DNA from: Symbiobacterium sp. | GTDB lineage: Bacteria; Bacillota; Sulfobacillia; UBA995; UBA9673 | Assembly: GCA_020725405.1 (NCBI GenBank) | Contig: DYFB01000039.1 | Span: 44,428-108,427, forward strand | Length of the DNA: 64,000 nucleotides | Direction: 5' to 3' | Part shown: in pieces, positions 37,024 through 45,704 of the stretch | Position numbering within the stretch: the first letter of the stretch is position 1 | Layout: every line of letters begins with the position of its first letter | The notes under the pieces: model-generated | The model's database searches: none | The model's input: the letters and a program-made list of their open reading frames with translations, nothing else | Told to the model about the DNA's origin: nothing | Made by a program: the position numbers and the translations under genes

Positions 37024-40000
37024 TTTCAACCCCGACCTTCACTCCGTGGCACAAGGTGGTGCGGCTCCGCGACGACCTCCGGTCCGGGGAACTTCCCCTG
37101 GCCATCTTCGCCGCCGATCTCTACGCGGTCCGGATGGCGACGGCCCCACCGGTCTACCGGGACCCCCGGGAGTTCTTCTCGCTGACCTACCCGGCCCACA
37201 ACCTCCGCAGGCTGGCCAAGGAGGTCATGGACCGGCTCGCCGGCCGGAGCGAGCGAGCCGTCCGCCAACTCGAGCTCACCTACGGAGGCGGCAAGACCCA
37301 CGCCCTCATCACCCTCTACCACCTCGTGAACGACCCAGAGACGCTTCCGGAGGACCTTCCGGCCGTACGCGAGTTCATCGTGCACGCTGGGCAGCGCCCG
37401 CCCAAGGCCCGCGTGGCCGTGCTGGCCTTCGACAAGCTGGACGTCGAGAAGGGCATGGAGGTGCCCGGCCCCGACGGCCGGAAGCGGTGGCTCCGCCATC
37501 CCTGGAGCGTCCTCGCCTACCAGCTCGCCGGCTCGGAGGGTCTGCGCCTCCTCCACGCCGCGGACCGGGACGAAGAGCGCGAGAGCCCCCCGGCGGAGAA
37601 CCTCCTCACCGAGCTCCTCGCCATCCCCGCCCGCGCAGACCTGGCCACTCTCATCCTCATCGACGAGGTCCTGATGTACGCCCGCGAGAAGGTGGCCCTG
37701 GACCCCACCTGGAGGGCGCGGCTCGTGGACTTCTGCCAGTACCTCACCCAGGCCACCACGGCCGTTCCGCGCTGCGCCATCGTCGCTTCACTCCTGGCCA
37801 CCGACCCGCGCAAGTACGACTCCCTGGGCCGCGAGCTGGCGAAGGACCTCTCCGACATCTTCCGCCGGGAGAAGGAGGAGAGCATCCAGCCCGTCCTCAA
37901 GGAGGACGTGGCCGAGATCCTCCGCCGTCGTTTCTTCACGCCGGAGTCGACCCGCGACCACGAGCTCTTCCGGCCGCACGTCATAGCGGCTCTACAGGGC
38001 ATCCAGGCCCTGGACGAGGCCACCGCTCGTCAGGGCCCTGAGGCCGAGGAGAGGTACCTGGCCAGCTACCCCTTCCATCCAGACCTCACCGACGTCTTCT
38101 ACACCAAGTGGACCAACCTCGAGGGCTTCCAGCGCACCCGGGGTATCCTCCGCACCTTCGCCCTCGCCCTGCGCGAGGCGGAACGCTGGGACACCTCGCC
38201 CCTGGTGGCCGCCAACGTCTTCCTCAGCGAGCCCGGCCGGACCGATCTCTCCCCGGCGGCCCGGGAGCTCACCGGGGTAGCCGCCACCGAGGAGTACGAG
38301 GGTAAGAGGCAGGAGTGGACCGCCATCCTTGAAGGGGAACTGGCCAAGGCACGAGCCATACAGGAAGAGTGCCCGGCCCTTCGTCACCGCGAGGTGGAGC
38401 AGGCCGTCTTCGCGACCTTCCTCCACTCCCAGCCGGCGACCCAGAAGGCCCTCACCCGGGAACTCATGGTTCTGGTCGGAGCCACCTGCCCGGACCGGAT
38501 CGAGCTCGGAAAGGCCCTCCGGCGATGGGCGGAGGTCTCCTGGTTCCTCGACGAGGCCGGCCTCCAAGACGTGGAGAACGGTCCACAGGGAGAGCGATTC
38601 CTGCCCCGAACGTGGCGTCTGGGCTCCCGGCCTAACCTGACCCAGATGCACCACGACGCCTGCGGCCGCGTATCGGCGGAGTTGGTCGAGGCCCGGCTGC
38701 TTGAGGACATCGCCAGGACCAAGGACCTTACGGCCGGTGCCGGTAAGGCCGGGGCCAGGGTTCACACCCTGCCGGAGGCGCCCAACGACATCTCCGACGA
38801 CTGGGAGTTCCACTATGCGGTGCTCGGGCCGAAGGCCGCGTCCGAGCCGGGTAAGCCCAGTGCCGAGGCCGTCCGCTTTCTCACCGAGACCTCCGGCCCG
38901 CAAAAGCCCCGGGTCAACCAGAACGCCGTCGTCCTGGCCGTTCCGGCCCGGGAGGGGCTCGAGATCGCTCGGAGCCGCGTCCGTGACTACCTTGGGTGGG
39001 AGGAAGTGGCCCAGCAGCTCAAGGAGCAGAAGGTCCACGACCCCCTGCGCACGGCGGCCCTGAACGCCCACCTCGATGCAAGCCGCAAGGCCATCCCGGC
39101 CGCCGTCCAGCAGGCCTACTGCATCGTCGTCACCATCGGACGAGACGGCGGACCCGAGGCCTTCAGAGTCACCGTCGGCGACCGGCCGCTGTTCGAGGTT
39201 ATCAAGGCCGACGAGCGCTCGCGCATCCGCGAGTCGGCTGTGGCGGCCGGCGCCCTCCTACCCGGCGGCCCGTACGACCTGTGGGAGGAAGGCGAGACCT
39301 CGCGCCGGATGCGGGACCTCGTCGGGTCCTTCGCCCAGTTTCCACGCCTGCCGAAGATGCTCAACTCCCAGGCCATCCTGGACACCCTCCTGGCTGGCTG
39401 TCAGAGCGGCCTCTTCGTGATGCGGCTGACCCGGCCCGACCGCTCGGTCCGCACCTTCTGGCGGGAGAGGCCGGACGATGTGGCCGTGAAGGATCCGAGC
39501 CTCGAGGTGGTTCTGCCCCAGGGGGCCGCTCTAACGGAGCTGGCCCCGTCTCTTCTCGAGCCCGGCGCTCTGCCGGGACTGTGGCCGCAAGAGGGGAGGT
39601 TCAGGGTGGGCGACCTTTACGCCTACTTCGCCGGCGGCCACTCCGTGGCCGTTTCGCGCGGGACGTACGAGGAGACCGTCGTCATCCCCGCGGCCCCGCG
39701 GGAGGTCGTGGACGTGGCCGTGCGCGCCGCGGTAAGGGAGGCCAAGGTGTGGCTCCTCGCCGCCGGCGGGGCGGCCAGCGTCTGCGAGGAGGACATCCCG
39801 CCGGGGCTGCTCACCGAGAACGCCATCCTCCAGGGGCCGCCGGAGCCTCTGTCGCCCACGTCCATCCTGCCGGACGCCCTGCCGGCGGCCTGGCCGGGGC
39901 CACCGCCCGGCTCGGTCGAACGCCTTACCAGCGCCCTGGCCATCCTAGACGCCGCCTCGGCCAGAGCCGGGCTGACCCTGCCTTGGGCGGTGGTCCGCCG

Positions 40001-40346
40001 GGCCATCGACGGGGCCCTTCGGACCCGGCTCCTCGAGCTGGCCGACGGCTCGGGCCCTTGGCCGTGCGAGCTAACGGCGGCGAAGGACGTCAGGCTGAGG
40101 GAGAGGAAGGCTGGCGGCGGCCCCGTGCCACCTGAATGGCCCAAAGTGGCCCAGGCTGACCTCGAACCGAACGAGCTCCAGGAGCTGGCGGACCAGACCG
40201 CCACCCTCCTCAAGGTCGCGGGCCGCGAGAAGGTCAAGTACCACGTCCGCATCGAGCTCTCCGAGACCGATGCGGAGACCCTCGAACAAGTCGCGAACGT
40301 GCTCCTTGCCGTGAGCCCGCGCTTGCGGCTGAAAGAGAGTGGTTAG
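37020..40346 (+). CDS. DUF499-like P-loop ATPase (BrxC/PglY-like; 'HmaC'-like)
   Basis: ATGA overlap with the methylase stop. N-terminal TPWHKVVRLRDDL...FAADLYAV...FFSLTYPAHNLRRL...LELTYGGGKTHALITLYHL (Walker-A-like GGGKTH). 1108 aa, with size and architecture like BrxC. Confidence 0.85.
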   Translation: MISTPTFTPWHKVVRLRDDLRSGELPLAIFAADLYAVRMATAPPVYRDPREFFSLTYPAHNLRRLAKEVMDRLAGRSERAVRQLELTYGGGKTHALITLYHLVNDPETLPEDLPAVREFIVHAGQRPPKARVAVLAFDKLDVEKGMEVPGPDGRKRWLRHPWSVLAYQLAGSEGLRLLHAADRDEERESPPAENLLTELLAIPARADLATLILIDEVLMYAREKVALDPTWRARLVDFCQYLTQATTAVPRCAIVASLLATDPRKYDSLGRELAKDLSDIFRREKEESIQPVLKEDVAEILRRRFFTPESTRDHELFRPHVIAALQGIQALDEATARQGPEAEERYLASYPFHPDLTDVFYTKWTNLEGFQRTRGILRTFALALREAERWDTSPLVAANVFLSEPGRTDLSPAARELTGVAATEEYEGKRQEWTAILEGELAKARAIQEECPALRHREVEQAVFATFLHSQPATQKALTRELMVLVGATCPDRIELGKALRRWAEVSWFLDEAGLQDVENGPQGERFLPRTWRLGSRPNLTQMHHDACGRVSAELVEARLLEDIARTKDLTAGAGKAGARVHTLPEAPNDISDDWEFHYAVLGPKAASEPGKPSAEAVRFLTETSGPQKPRVNQNAVVLAVPAREGLEIARSRVRDYLGWEEVAQQLKEQKVHDPLRTAALNAHLDASRKAIPAAVQQAYCIVVTIGRDGGPEAFRVTVGDRPLFEVIKADERSRIRESAVAAGALLPGGPYDLWEEGETSRRMRDLVGSFAQFPRLPKMLNSQAILDTLLAGCQSGLFVMRLTRPDRSVRTFWRERPDDVAVKDPSLEVVLPQGAALTELAPSLLEPGALPGLWPQEGRFRVGDLYAYFAGGHSVAVSRGTYEETVVIPAAPREVVDVAVRAAVREAKVWLLAAGGAASVCEEDIPPGLLTENAILQGPPEPLSPTSILPDALPAAWPGPPPGSVERLTSALAILDAASARAGLTLPWAVVRRAIDGALRTRLLELADGSGPWPCELTAAKDVRLRERKAGGGPVPPEWPKVAQADLEPNELQELADQTATLLKVAGREKVKYHVRIELSETDAETLEQVANVLLAVSPRLRLKESG

Positions 40347-40572
40347 GAGAGCGTCCGACGCCCGCACGGCTCCGAGCAGCCTTACCGGGGCCCAGGACCT
40401 CGTCCCCCTCGGTCACCGCCCAGGTGCGGCGCCGGGGGTCGAGAAAGACCTGGGCTCCCTCCAGTTTGCGCCAGACGCCCGACGGCTGGAACCAGTAGAT
40501 GCGGTTGCGCCGGTCATCCTCGAGGACCGTCACCAGCTCGCCGCGGAGCTCCGGACCGGATGGTCCGGCCAT
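40234..40572 (-). CDS. Possible small ORF (112 aa) downstream of bshC, antisense-overlapping the 3' end of the DUF499 gene
   Basis: ATG 40572 preceded by GGGAGGTGG at -6. The first ~60 aa (MAGPSGPELRGELVTVLEDDRRNRIYWFQPSGVWRKLEGAQVFLDPRRRTW...) look protein-like; the rest is low complexity. No family recognised. Confidence 0.25.
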   Translation of the reverse strand: MAGPSGPELRGELVTVLEDDRRNRIYWFQPSGVWRKLEGAQVFLDPRRRTWAVTEGDEVLGPGKAARSRAGVGRSPNHSLSAASAGSRQGARSRLVRGSPHRSRRARCGRGT

Positions 40573-40658
40573 TCCCGCCACCTCCCTTCCCCCGCCCCCG
40601 GAAGGGCTGTCACACGCTTCCAGGCTATGCCGGGAACGGAAGGGAGGTTAACATAACG

Positions 40659-42344
40659 CTACAGCCAGACCAGGCGGTGCCCCGGGTCGACGGCCGCCCC
40701 CGGGGGGACTAGCGGCAGTCCCGCCAGGGCGTCGGCGAGGCCGGGACCGTACTTGACAAGATAGGGGAAGATGTTGAACACCCGCTCCTGGTAGTCGCCC
40801 CGCGGCCGGAGGGAGGCACCCACGACGTCGAAGCGGCCAAGGGTCTCCCGGCTCTTCCGGCGGTGCTCCTGCCAGACCTTCTTTCTGAGCCACTCCGCCT
40901 CGGCCAGAACCTTCCCGCGGTTCTTTGCGGCAAGCTCCTTGAGCGAGGTTTCCACGCCGGCCACCACGCCGGTGAGGGTCTCGTACTCGTCCGCGATCAA
41001 CCGGGCCAGGCGGTCGAAAGCCTTGTCGATGCCCACAGGGTCGGCCCGGTCGAGCCAGCTCGCCCGCGCCGCCTGCAGGGCCTCCGGGTCGAGAGCGGAC
41101 GCGGGATCGAGACCGAGCCGGTCGAGGTGCCGCGCGACCGACGGCTCGATGATGGTGACCCCGGGGCGCGGGTAGACAATCGGCATCCGGCGGCCGAGCC
41201 GGTGGTAGACCTCGCGGTAAAGGCCGAAATAGCTCGTCTCGCCCGGGCCTCCGACGTAGGCCAGGACCGGAAGGAGCATGTCCTGGCCGACCGGCCGCAG
41301 GACCACGTTGGGACTCAGCCGCTCCGGGCTCGCGGCGACCATCTCCAGAAGGTCCCGCCGGGTCAGGGTCTCCGCCCGGTCCTGGCCGTGTCCCGGACCG
41401 AGCTCGAAGACGTCGGCCGACAGCCGGCGGAGCGGGACCCGCTCCATCCCCCGATAGACGTAGAGGTTGGCCGACTGCGGGTCCTTGTCCACCTGGGGCT
41501 CGAAACCGAGGTCCCGCACCCGCCTCTGGCCGAGGGCGAAGGCCTCGGCGAGGGCCTCGTTCTCCTCGACCATCCGGCGGAAGGCCGGCCTCTGGAGAGC
41601 CCGGAGACCCGGGTCGAGAGGGTTGGCCACGAGGAGGCCGCGGTCCCCGAAGAGAGCAAAGAGGAGCCGTCCGAACCACTCGCCGAGGTCGGTCGACGCG
41701 GCCGCGGTCTCGCGGAGAAGACCGACGACCCCGGCGGTGAACTCCGTGGACCACAGCGACGTCTCGACCTCCGCCAGGAAGGCCTCGACGGCCGGGCCGG
41801 TCGGGAGGCTGCCGACCGACGTCCGGGGAGCGAACCCGCCGCCGGGGTCGTAGGCGTGGCGGACGATGTCGCCTCGAGGAGTAAGAACGTGCACCTGGGA
41901 TATCTCGGCAAGGTCGTGGTCTTCCGCGCCGACCCAGAAGACCGGGACGACCTTGGTCCCGGCCGGGAGGAGTTGCCGGACCTCCCCGGCGAGCTCGATG
42001 ACGACGGCGGCCTTCCAGAAGGTGTAGAGGGGCCCGGTCAGGACCCCGGGCTGCTGGCCGCCGATGACGACGACGGACCCGGGGTCGGCCAGGTCCTCCG
42101 CCGCGGCCAGGACCGGGGCCGGGGCCCCGAGCGACCGGGCGTAGGCCGCCAGAACGGCCGCGAGGGCCTCGCGGTCGCCCTCAAACCGCTGTCTCAGCTC
42201 CTCGAGGCGGTGGCCGTACGAAGCCGGGTCGTGGGGTGAATGGTCGTAGAGATGAGCGACAGTGTCAAAGCAGTGCAGGTAGGCCGCCCACAGCGGGTAG
42301 CGGGGGTCGGACGTCGGCGTCGTCGATACGCGGTATCCGGTCAT
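40659..42344 (-). CDS. bshC: Bacillithiol biosynthesis cysteine-adding enzyme BshC (YllA family)
   Basis: 561 aa, with a GGQQ motif and overall YllA/BshC-like length and composition. Recalled family resemblance, not a computed match. Confidence 0.7.
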   Translation of the reverse strand: MTGYRVSTTPTSDPRYPLWAAYLHCFDTVAHLYDHSPHDPASYGHRLEELRQRFEGDREALAAVLAAYARSLGAPAPVLAAAEDLADPGSVVVIGGQQPGVLTGPLYTFWKAAVVIELAGEVRQLLPAGTKVVPVFWVGAEDHDLAEISQVHVLTPRGDIVRHAYDPGGGFAPRTSVGSLPTGPAVEAFLAEVETSLWSTEFTAGVVGLLRETAAASTDLGEWFGRLLFALFGDRGLLVANPLDPGLRALQRPAFRRMVEENEALAEAFALGQRRVRDLGFEPQVDKDPQSANLYVYRGMERVPLRRLSADVFELGPGHGQDRAETLTRRDLLEMVAASPERLSPNVVLRPVGQDMLLPVLAYVGGPGETSYFGLYREVYHRLGRRMPIVYPRPGVTIIEPSVARHLDRLGLDPASALDPEALQAARASWLDRADPVGIDKAFDRLARLIADEYETLTGVVAGVETSLKELAAKNRGKVLAEAEWLRKKVWQEHRRKSRETLGRFDVVGASLRPRGDYQERVFNIFPYLVKYGPGLADALAGLPLVPPGAAVDPGHRLVWL

Positions 42345-42459
42345 TGCGGCCGGTGGCCGACCCTCCCGTCAGCAGGCGATGGCCCTAGTTTCTCGTCGAG
42401 AAAGCCGCGGACCTCCCCGGGCCGAACGACCTCACGGGTACGGCCCGGACCGGAGCCCG

Positions 42460-43539
42460 TCAGATGTCGTTGGGGTGGATCTTTCCCCCCTCCTCCCCAT
42501 TCGGGAAGACCTTGAGAATGCCCGGCTGGAGGCCGGCGACCCGGCTCAGGGTCGAGTCGTCGAGCGGGCTCAGGACGGTAGCGGTTCGACGGCGGAAATC
42601 GACAGCCCTCAGGATGCCGACCCCGAGAAGCTGGCCGCTCCGGTCAATGAGTCCAGTAAGGAGGTTCTCGAACTTGTCGACCTTGGTCAGGAAGACCTCT
42701 TCGACTCTCTCCCGCTCCTTGATGCGCTGAAGCCCGTCGAGCTCGAAGTAGCCGTCGGCCACGATGAAAATGCCGTCGGCGAGCCACTCGGCGTGAGCGA
42801 TGCGGCAGCGCAGGTCGGTCGCGAGGAGGGCCGTCTCGCTCTCGTCCATCGGCCGCCCGGTGAGGTACGTGCTGCGGAACAGGGCGGTCCGGCTGAGGTC
42901 GAACTCGTGCAGGGCGGCCCCGGCGAAGTACTGGCGGTAAGCCTTCTCGCGGGCCGCCCGCCGGTCGCGACGGCTCTTCTCCGTGGCCCGCGGCGAGACC
43001 GGGAGACGCCTCACCTGCACGATTGGACTCCCCAGGACCTCCCAGGGCCGGAGAAGATGCTCCAGCTCGATATCCCGCTGGAGGGCCAGGACATGGGTCG
43101 GCTCGATGAGCTCTATCTTCGCGTTCTTGAGGAATCGAGCCGTCCGCCCCCAGACGAGCCCGGTGGTATCGATGATCACGACGTCGGGCTCGGACGACAA
43201 GGCCCGGTCCACAGCGGACTTGGCCGCCGCGGCGGTGGTGAAGCTGAGAAGCTCGGGCGAGTTCGACCCGACGAAGTAGCCGTGGGCCAGGGGAATGTCC
43301 CGGAGGCGCTCGATGGGTCCCTGGGCGAAACCGCAGCCGACGGACCCCGGGGGACCGATCTCCGATTGCCCCACGTCGGCGTCGACCACCGCAGCCTTGA
43401 GGCCGGCGCTGACGGCGACGTTGGTCAGGAAGGCCGCCAGGGTGGTCTTGCCCGTGTCCGTCGCTCCGAGAAGGAACAGCTTCAAGGGACGCGCCCCCGA
43501 GGCGAAGATGTCCTCGGCGGCTCTCTTCCACTCTCTCAT
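42460..43539 (-). CDS. Clp1/Grc3/Nol9-family P-loop polynucleotide 5'-hydroxyl kinase-like protein
   Basis: Walker A LLGATDTGKTT, the Clp1-characteristic DADVGQSEIGPPG segment (compare eukaryotic DLDPGQ), and Walker-B-like VVIIDTTGLVWG (compare Clp1 INTCGWVKG). Confidence 0.65.
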   Translation of the reverse strand: MREWKRAAEDIFASGARPLKLFLLGATDTGKTTLAAFLTNVAVSAGLKAAVVDADVGQSEIGPPGSVGCGFAQGPIERLRDIPLAHGYFVGSNSPELLSFTTAAAAKSAVDRALSSEPDVVIIDTTGLVWGRTARFLKNAKIELIEPTHVLALQRDIELEHLLRPWEVLGSPIVQVRRLPVSPRATEKSRRDRRAAREKAYRQYFAGAALHEFDLSRTALFRSTYLTGRPMDESETALLATDLRCRIAHAEWLADGIFIVADGYFELDGLQRIKERERVEEVFLTKVDKFENLLTGLIDRSGQLLGVGILRAVDFRRRTATVLSPLDDSTLSRVAGLQPGILKVFPNGEEGGKIHPNDI

Positions 43540-43595
43540 GCTTGAAAGGACCTCCCCCGGCGGGACCGCGGGCCTGACCGGCCCAGAGGTCCCGT

Positions 43596-44174
43596 TCAGG
43601 CGTCTCCCGCCGGGTGGTCGCCCTGCCCGTAGAGCGACAGCACGGTCTCCCCGTAGGTGTACTCGCGCACCAGGCGCAGGGCCCCGGCTCGGGCGGGGAG
43701 CTCCTCCTTCCGGTGCCTCTGGACGAAGACGAGACCGTCAGGGGCCAGGACTCCGGTCCGGTCGATAAGGTCGAGGACCCGCGGGCCGAGGCCCCGGAAG
43801 TACGGCGGGGCCACGCCGATAACGTTAAACCGTGCTTTATTGGCTGCTAGCCGCGGAAGCTCCTGCAGGACATCTCCTCGAATTACCGTGGCCCGGGCGG
43901 CGAGTCCGGTCGTTTCGAGGTTCTGGCGGATTATCCGGACGGCCTTGGGGTCGAGTTCGACCATGACCACGGCCTCGGCCCCGCGGCTCAGGGCCTCGAC
44001 GCCGTAGCTGCCGGTGCCGGCGAAGAGGTCGAGCCAGCGGGCGCCGGGGGTGATCGGCTGGAGGATGTTGAACACAGCCTGCCTGACCCGGGCCAGTGGA
44101 GGGCGTGTCGACGCCCCGGGCACCGACCGGATGCGCCGGCCCCGGGCCGACCCTCCGAGTACGCGCACTCCCAT
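43596..44174 (-). CDS. rsmD: 16S rRNA (guanine966-N2)-methyltransferase RsmD
   Basis: Start at MGVRVLGG (ATG 44174). Motifs LDLFAGTGSYGVEALSRGA and IGVAPPY (DPPY variant). Confidence 0.85.
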   Translation of the reverse strand: MGVRVLGGSARGRRIRSVPGASTRPPLARVRQAVFNILQPITPGARWLDLFAGTGSYGVEALSRGAEAVVMVELDPKAVRIIRQNLETTGLAARATVIRGDVLQELPRLAANKARFNVIGVAPPYFRGLGPRVLDLIDRTGVLAPDGLVFVQRHRKEELPARAGALRLVREYTYGETVLSLYGQGDHPAGDA

Positions 44175-44202
44175 CACCGTCCTTGACGGCTCAGGACGAC
44201 GG

Positions 44203-45225
44203 TCAGTCCTCCCCGCCCTCGCCGCCCCGTGAGCCGCCCCTGTAAAGGAAGCGGTCGAGGGTCCGGTGGTAAGTGAACGGCGACCCCGCGTCACGGTCGC
44301 TCTCAGAACGGAAGTGCTCCTGGATGGTGTCGACCTTGGCCGTGAGGTCGTCCACGCAGTGGAGGATCATGGCTTCGAGAGTCTTGGGTCGCTTCGGGGA
44401 CCCCCACTCGTACTGGCCATGGTGGCTCAGGACCATGTGCCTCAGCTCGAGGAGCGTTTCGGCGGGGAAGCCGGGCAAGCGGCCGGCCCGCTCGGTGACC
44501 ATCTCCGCACCGAGGACGATGTGGCCGACGAGGCGCCCCTCCACGGTATAGTCGAACTGCCGGGTCCAGGAGAGCTCCTTGGTCTTGCCGACATCGTGGA
44601 GCAGGGCCCCGGTGACAAGAAGGTCGGTGTCCAATCTGGGAGCGGCCTTGTCCCCCGGAAGGGACCGGTAGCGCCCGGCGACGTCGAGGCAGATCTCGGC
44701 CACGGCCAGCGTGTGCTCGAGCAGACCCCCAAGGGTGGCGTGGTGAATCGTCTTGGCCGCCGGGGCCCGCCGGAAGAGGGCCCAAAACTCCGGGTCGGTG
44801 AAGAAGCTTTCATTCAGGGCCCTGAGGTGCGGGCACGCAATCGCGGCGATAAGGTTTCTCAGCCGCTGCTCCATCTGTTCGGGGTCCTGGATGCTGGTCG
44901 GCTGGAAGTCGGCCAGGTTCACCTGCTCTTCCGGCACGGCCTCAAGGTCGGTGACGTTTATCTGCCGCTGGCCGTTGTAGAGGCTCACCTTGCCCACGAC
45001 CCGGACGAACCCGCCCACGGTCACAGCCGCCTGGAGGACTTCGGCGTTGTCCCAGACGCGGGCCTGGACACACCCGCTGGCGTCGCAGAGCTCCAGAGCC
45101 AGGAACGGCCCTTTCGACGAGCCGACCCGCCGGAGGTCCTTCGAGCAGACGAGATAGACCTCGTCTACGGTCTGGTTCTCCCGGAGGTCGCGAACGAAGG
45201 CCCTTGTCTTCTGGAACAGGGCCAT
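44203..45225 (-). CDS. yhaM: 3'-5' exoribonuclease YhaM (OB-fold + HD domain)
   Basis: N-terminal OB fold (FLALELCDASG...VRVVGKV) and HD phosphohydrolase domain (HTLAVAE...LHDVGK). Confidence 0.85.
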   Translation of the reverse strand: MALFQKTRAFVRDLRENQTVDEVYLVCSKDLRRVGSSKGPFLALELCDASGCVQARVWDNAEVLQAAVTVGGFVRVVGKVSLYNGQRQINVTDLEAVPEEQVNLADFQPTSIQDPEQMEQRLRNLIAAIACPHLRALNESFFTDPEFWALFRRAPAAKTIHHATLGGLLEHTLAVAEICLDVAGRYRSLPGDKAAPRLDTDLLVTGALLHDVGKTKELSWTRQFDYTVEGRLVGHIVLGAEMVTERAGRLPGFPAETLLELRHMVLSHHGQYEWGSPKRPKTLEAMILHCVDDLTAKVDTIQEHFRSESDRDAGSPFTYHRTLDRFLYRGGSRGGEGGED

Positions 45226-45284
45226 GGTTGAAACACCCTTTCCCCGCCCGGGCCCTCGTGGGCCGGGCGCCGGCTGCCGAAGCC

Positions 45285-45578
45285 TCAGAGCACGGCCGCC
45301 GCCACGGCGGCCACCTGAACGACCAGGAGACCCAGCGCGGCGAGCGCGAGTTTACGGTTCCCTTCGGCGCGGTAAGTTACCAGCGCCAAGACGGATTGAG
45401 CCGCCGGGAGGACGAACATCGTCAGGATGCCGAGGGAGACGAGGATGACTCCCTCCCGTTCCCGGCCGGCCGCCAGGCAGACGACAAGGCCCGCGACGAG
45501 CAGGGTCAGGCTGACGGCGACGCCGACCCTCAGGACCAGACCCAGCCGCTCGTAGAGCCGTTCGTCGTGGACTCCCAA
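45285..45578 (-). CDS. Small membrane protein (DUF1634-like), partner of the TauE/SafE gene
   Basis: 97 aa with two TM helices, immediately downstream of the DUF81 gene as in many genomes. Confidence 0.5.
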   Translation of the reverse strand: MGVHDERLYERLGLVLRVGVAVSLTLLVAGLVVCLAAGREREGVILVSLGILTMFVLPAAQSVLALVTYRAEGNRKLALAALGLLVVQVAAVAAAVL

Positions 45579-45704
45579 TAGCCTTCCCCTTCCCGTGTCC
45601 GTCCTTCTCCCCGAACGCGCTTCCCACCGGCCGCTCTCCGATCCGCTCCGACCAGTGCTTCACGACCACCGCCGGGCCGGCGACCGCCGCGCCGCCCCAT
45701 CCGG

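Noticed and set aside
30555-40346. Calling the module canonical BREX type 1/3 or DISARM
   Set aside because: No PglZ (alkaline-phosphatase-like), BrxA, BrxB, BrxL/Lon or PLD (DrmC) genes are present anywhere in the 64 kb. The only BREX/DISARM-like parts are the DUF499 ATPase, the DUF1156 methylase and the DUF3883 helicase. It is therefore reported as a distinct minimal helicase-methylase-ATPase system rather than forced into those classes.
40648-43545. ORFs 40648..41754(-), 40863..42239(+), 42379..43545(+), 42644..43531(-)
   Set aside because: Alternate frames or antisense of bshC and the Clp1-like gene, with low-complexity translations.
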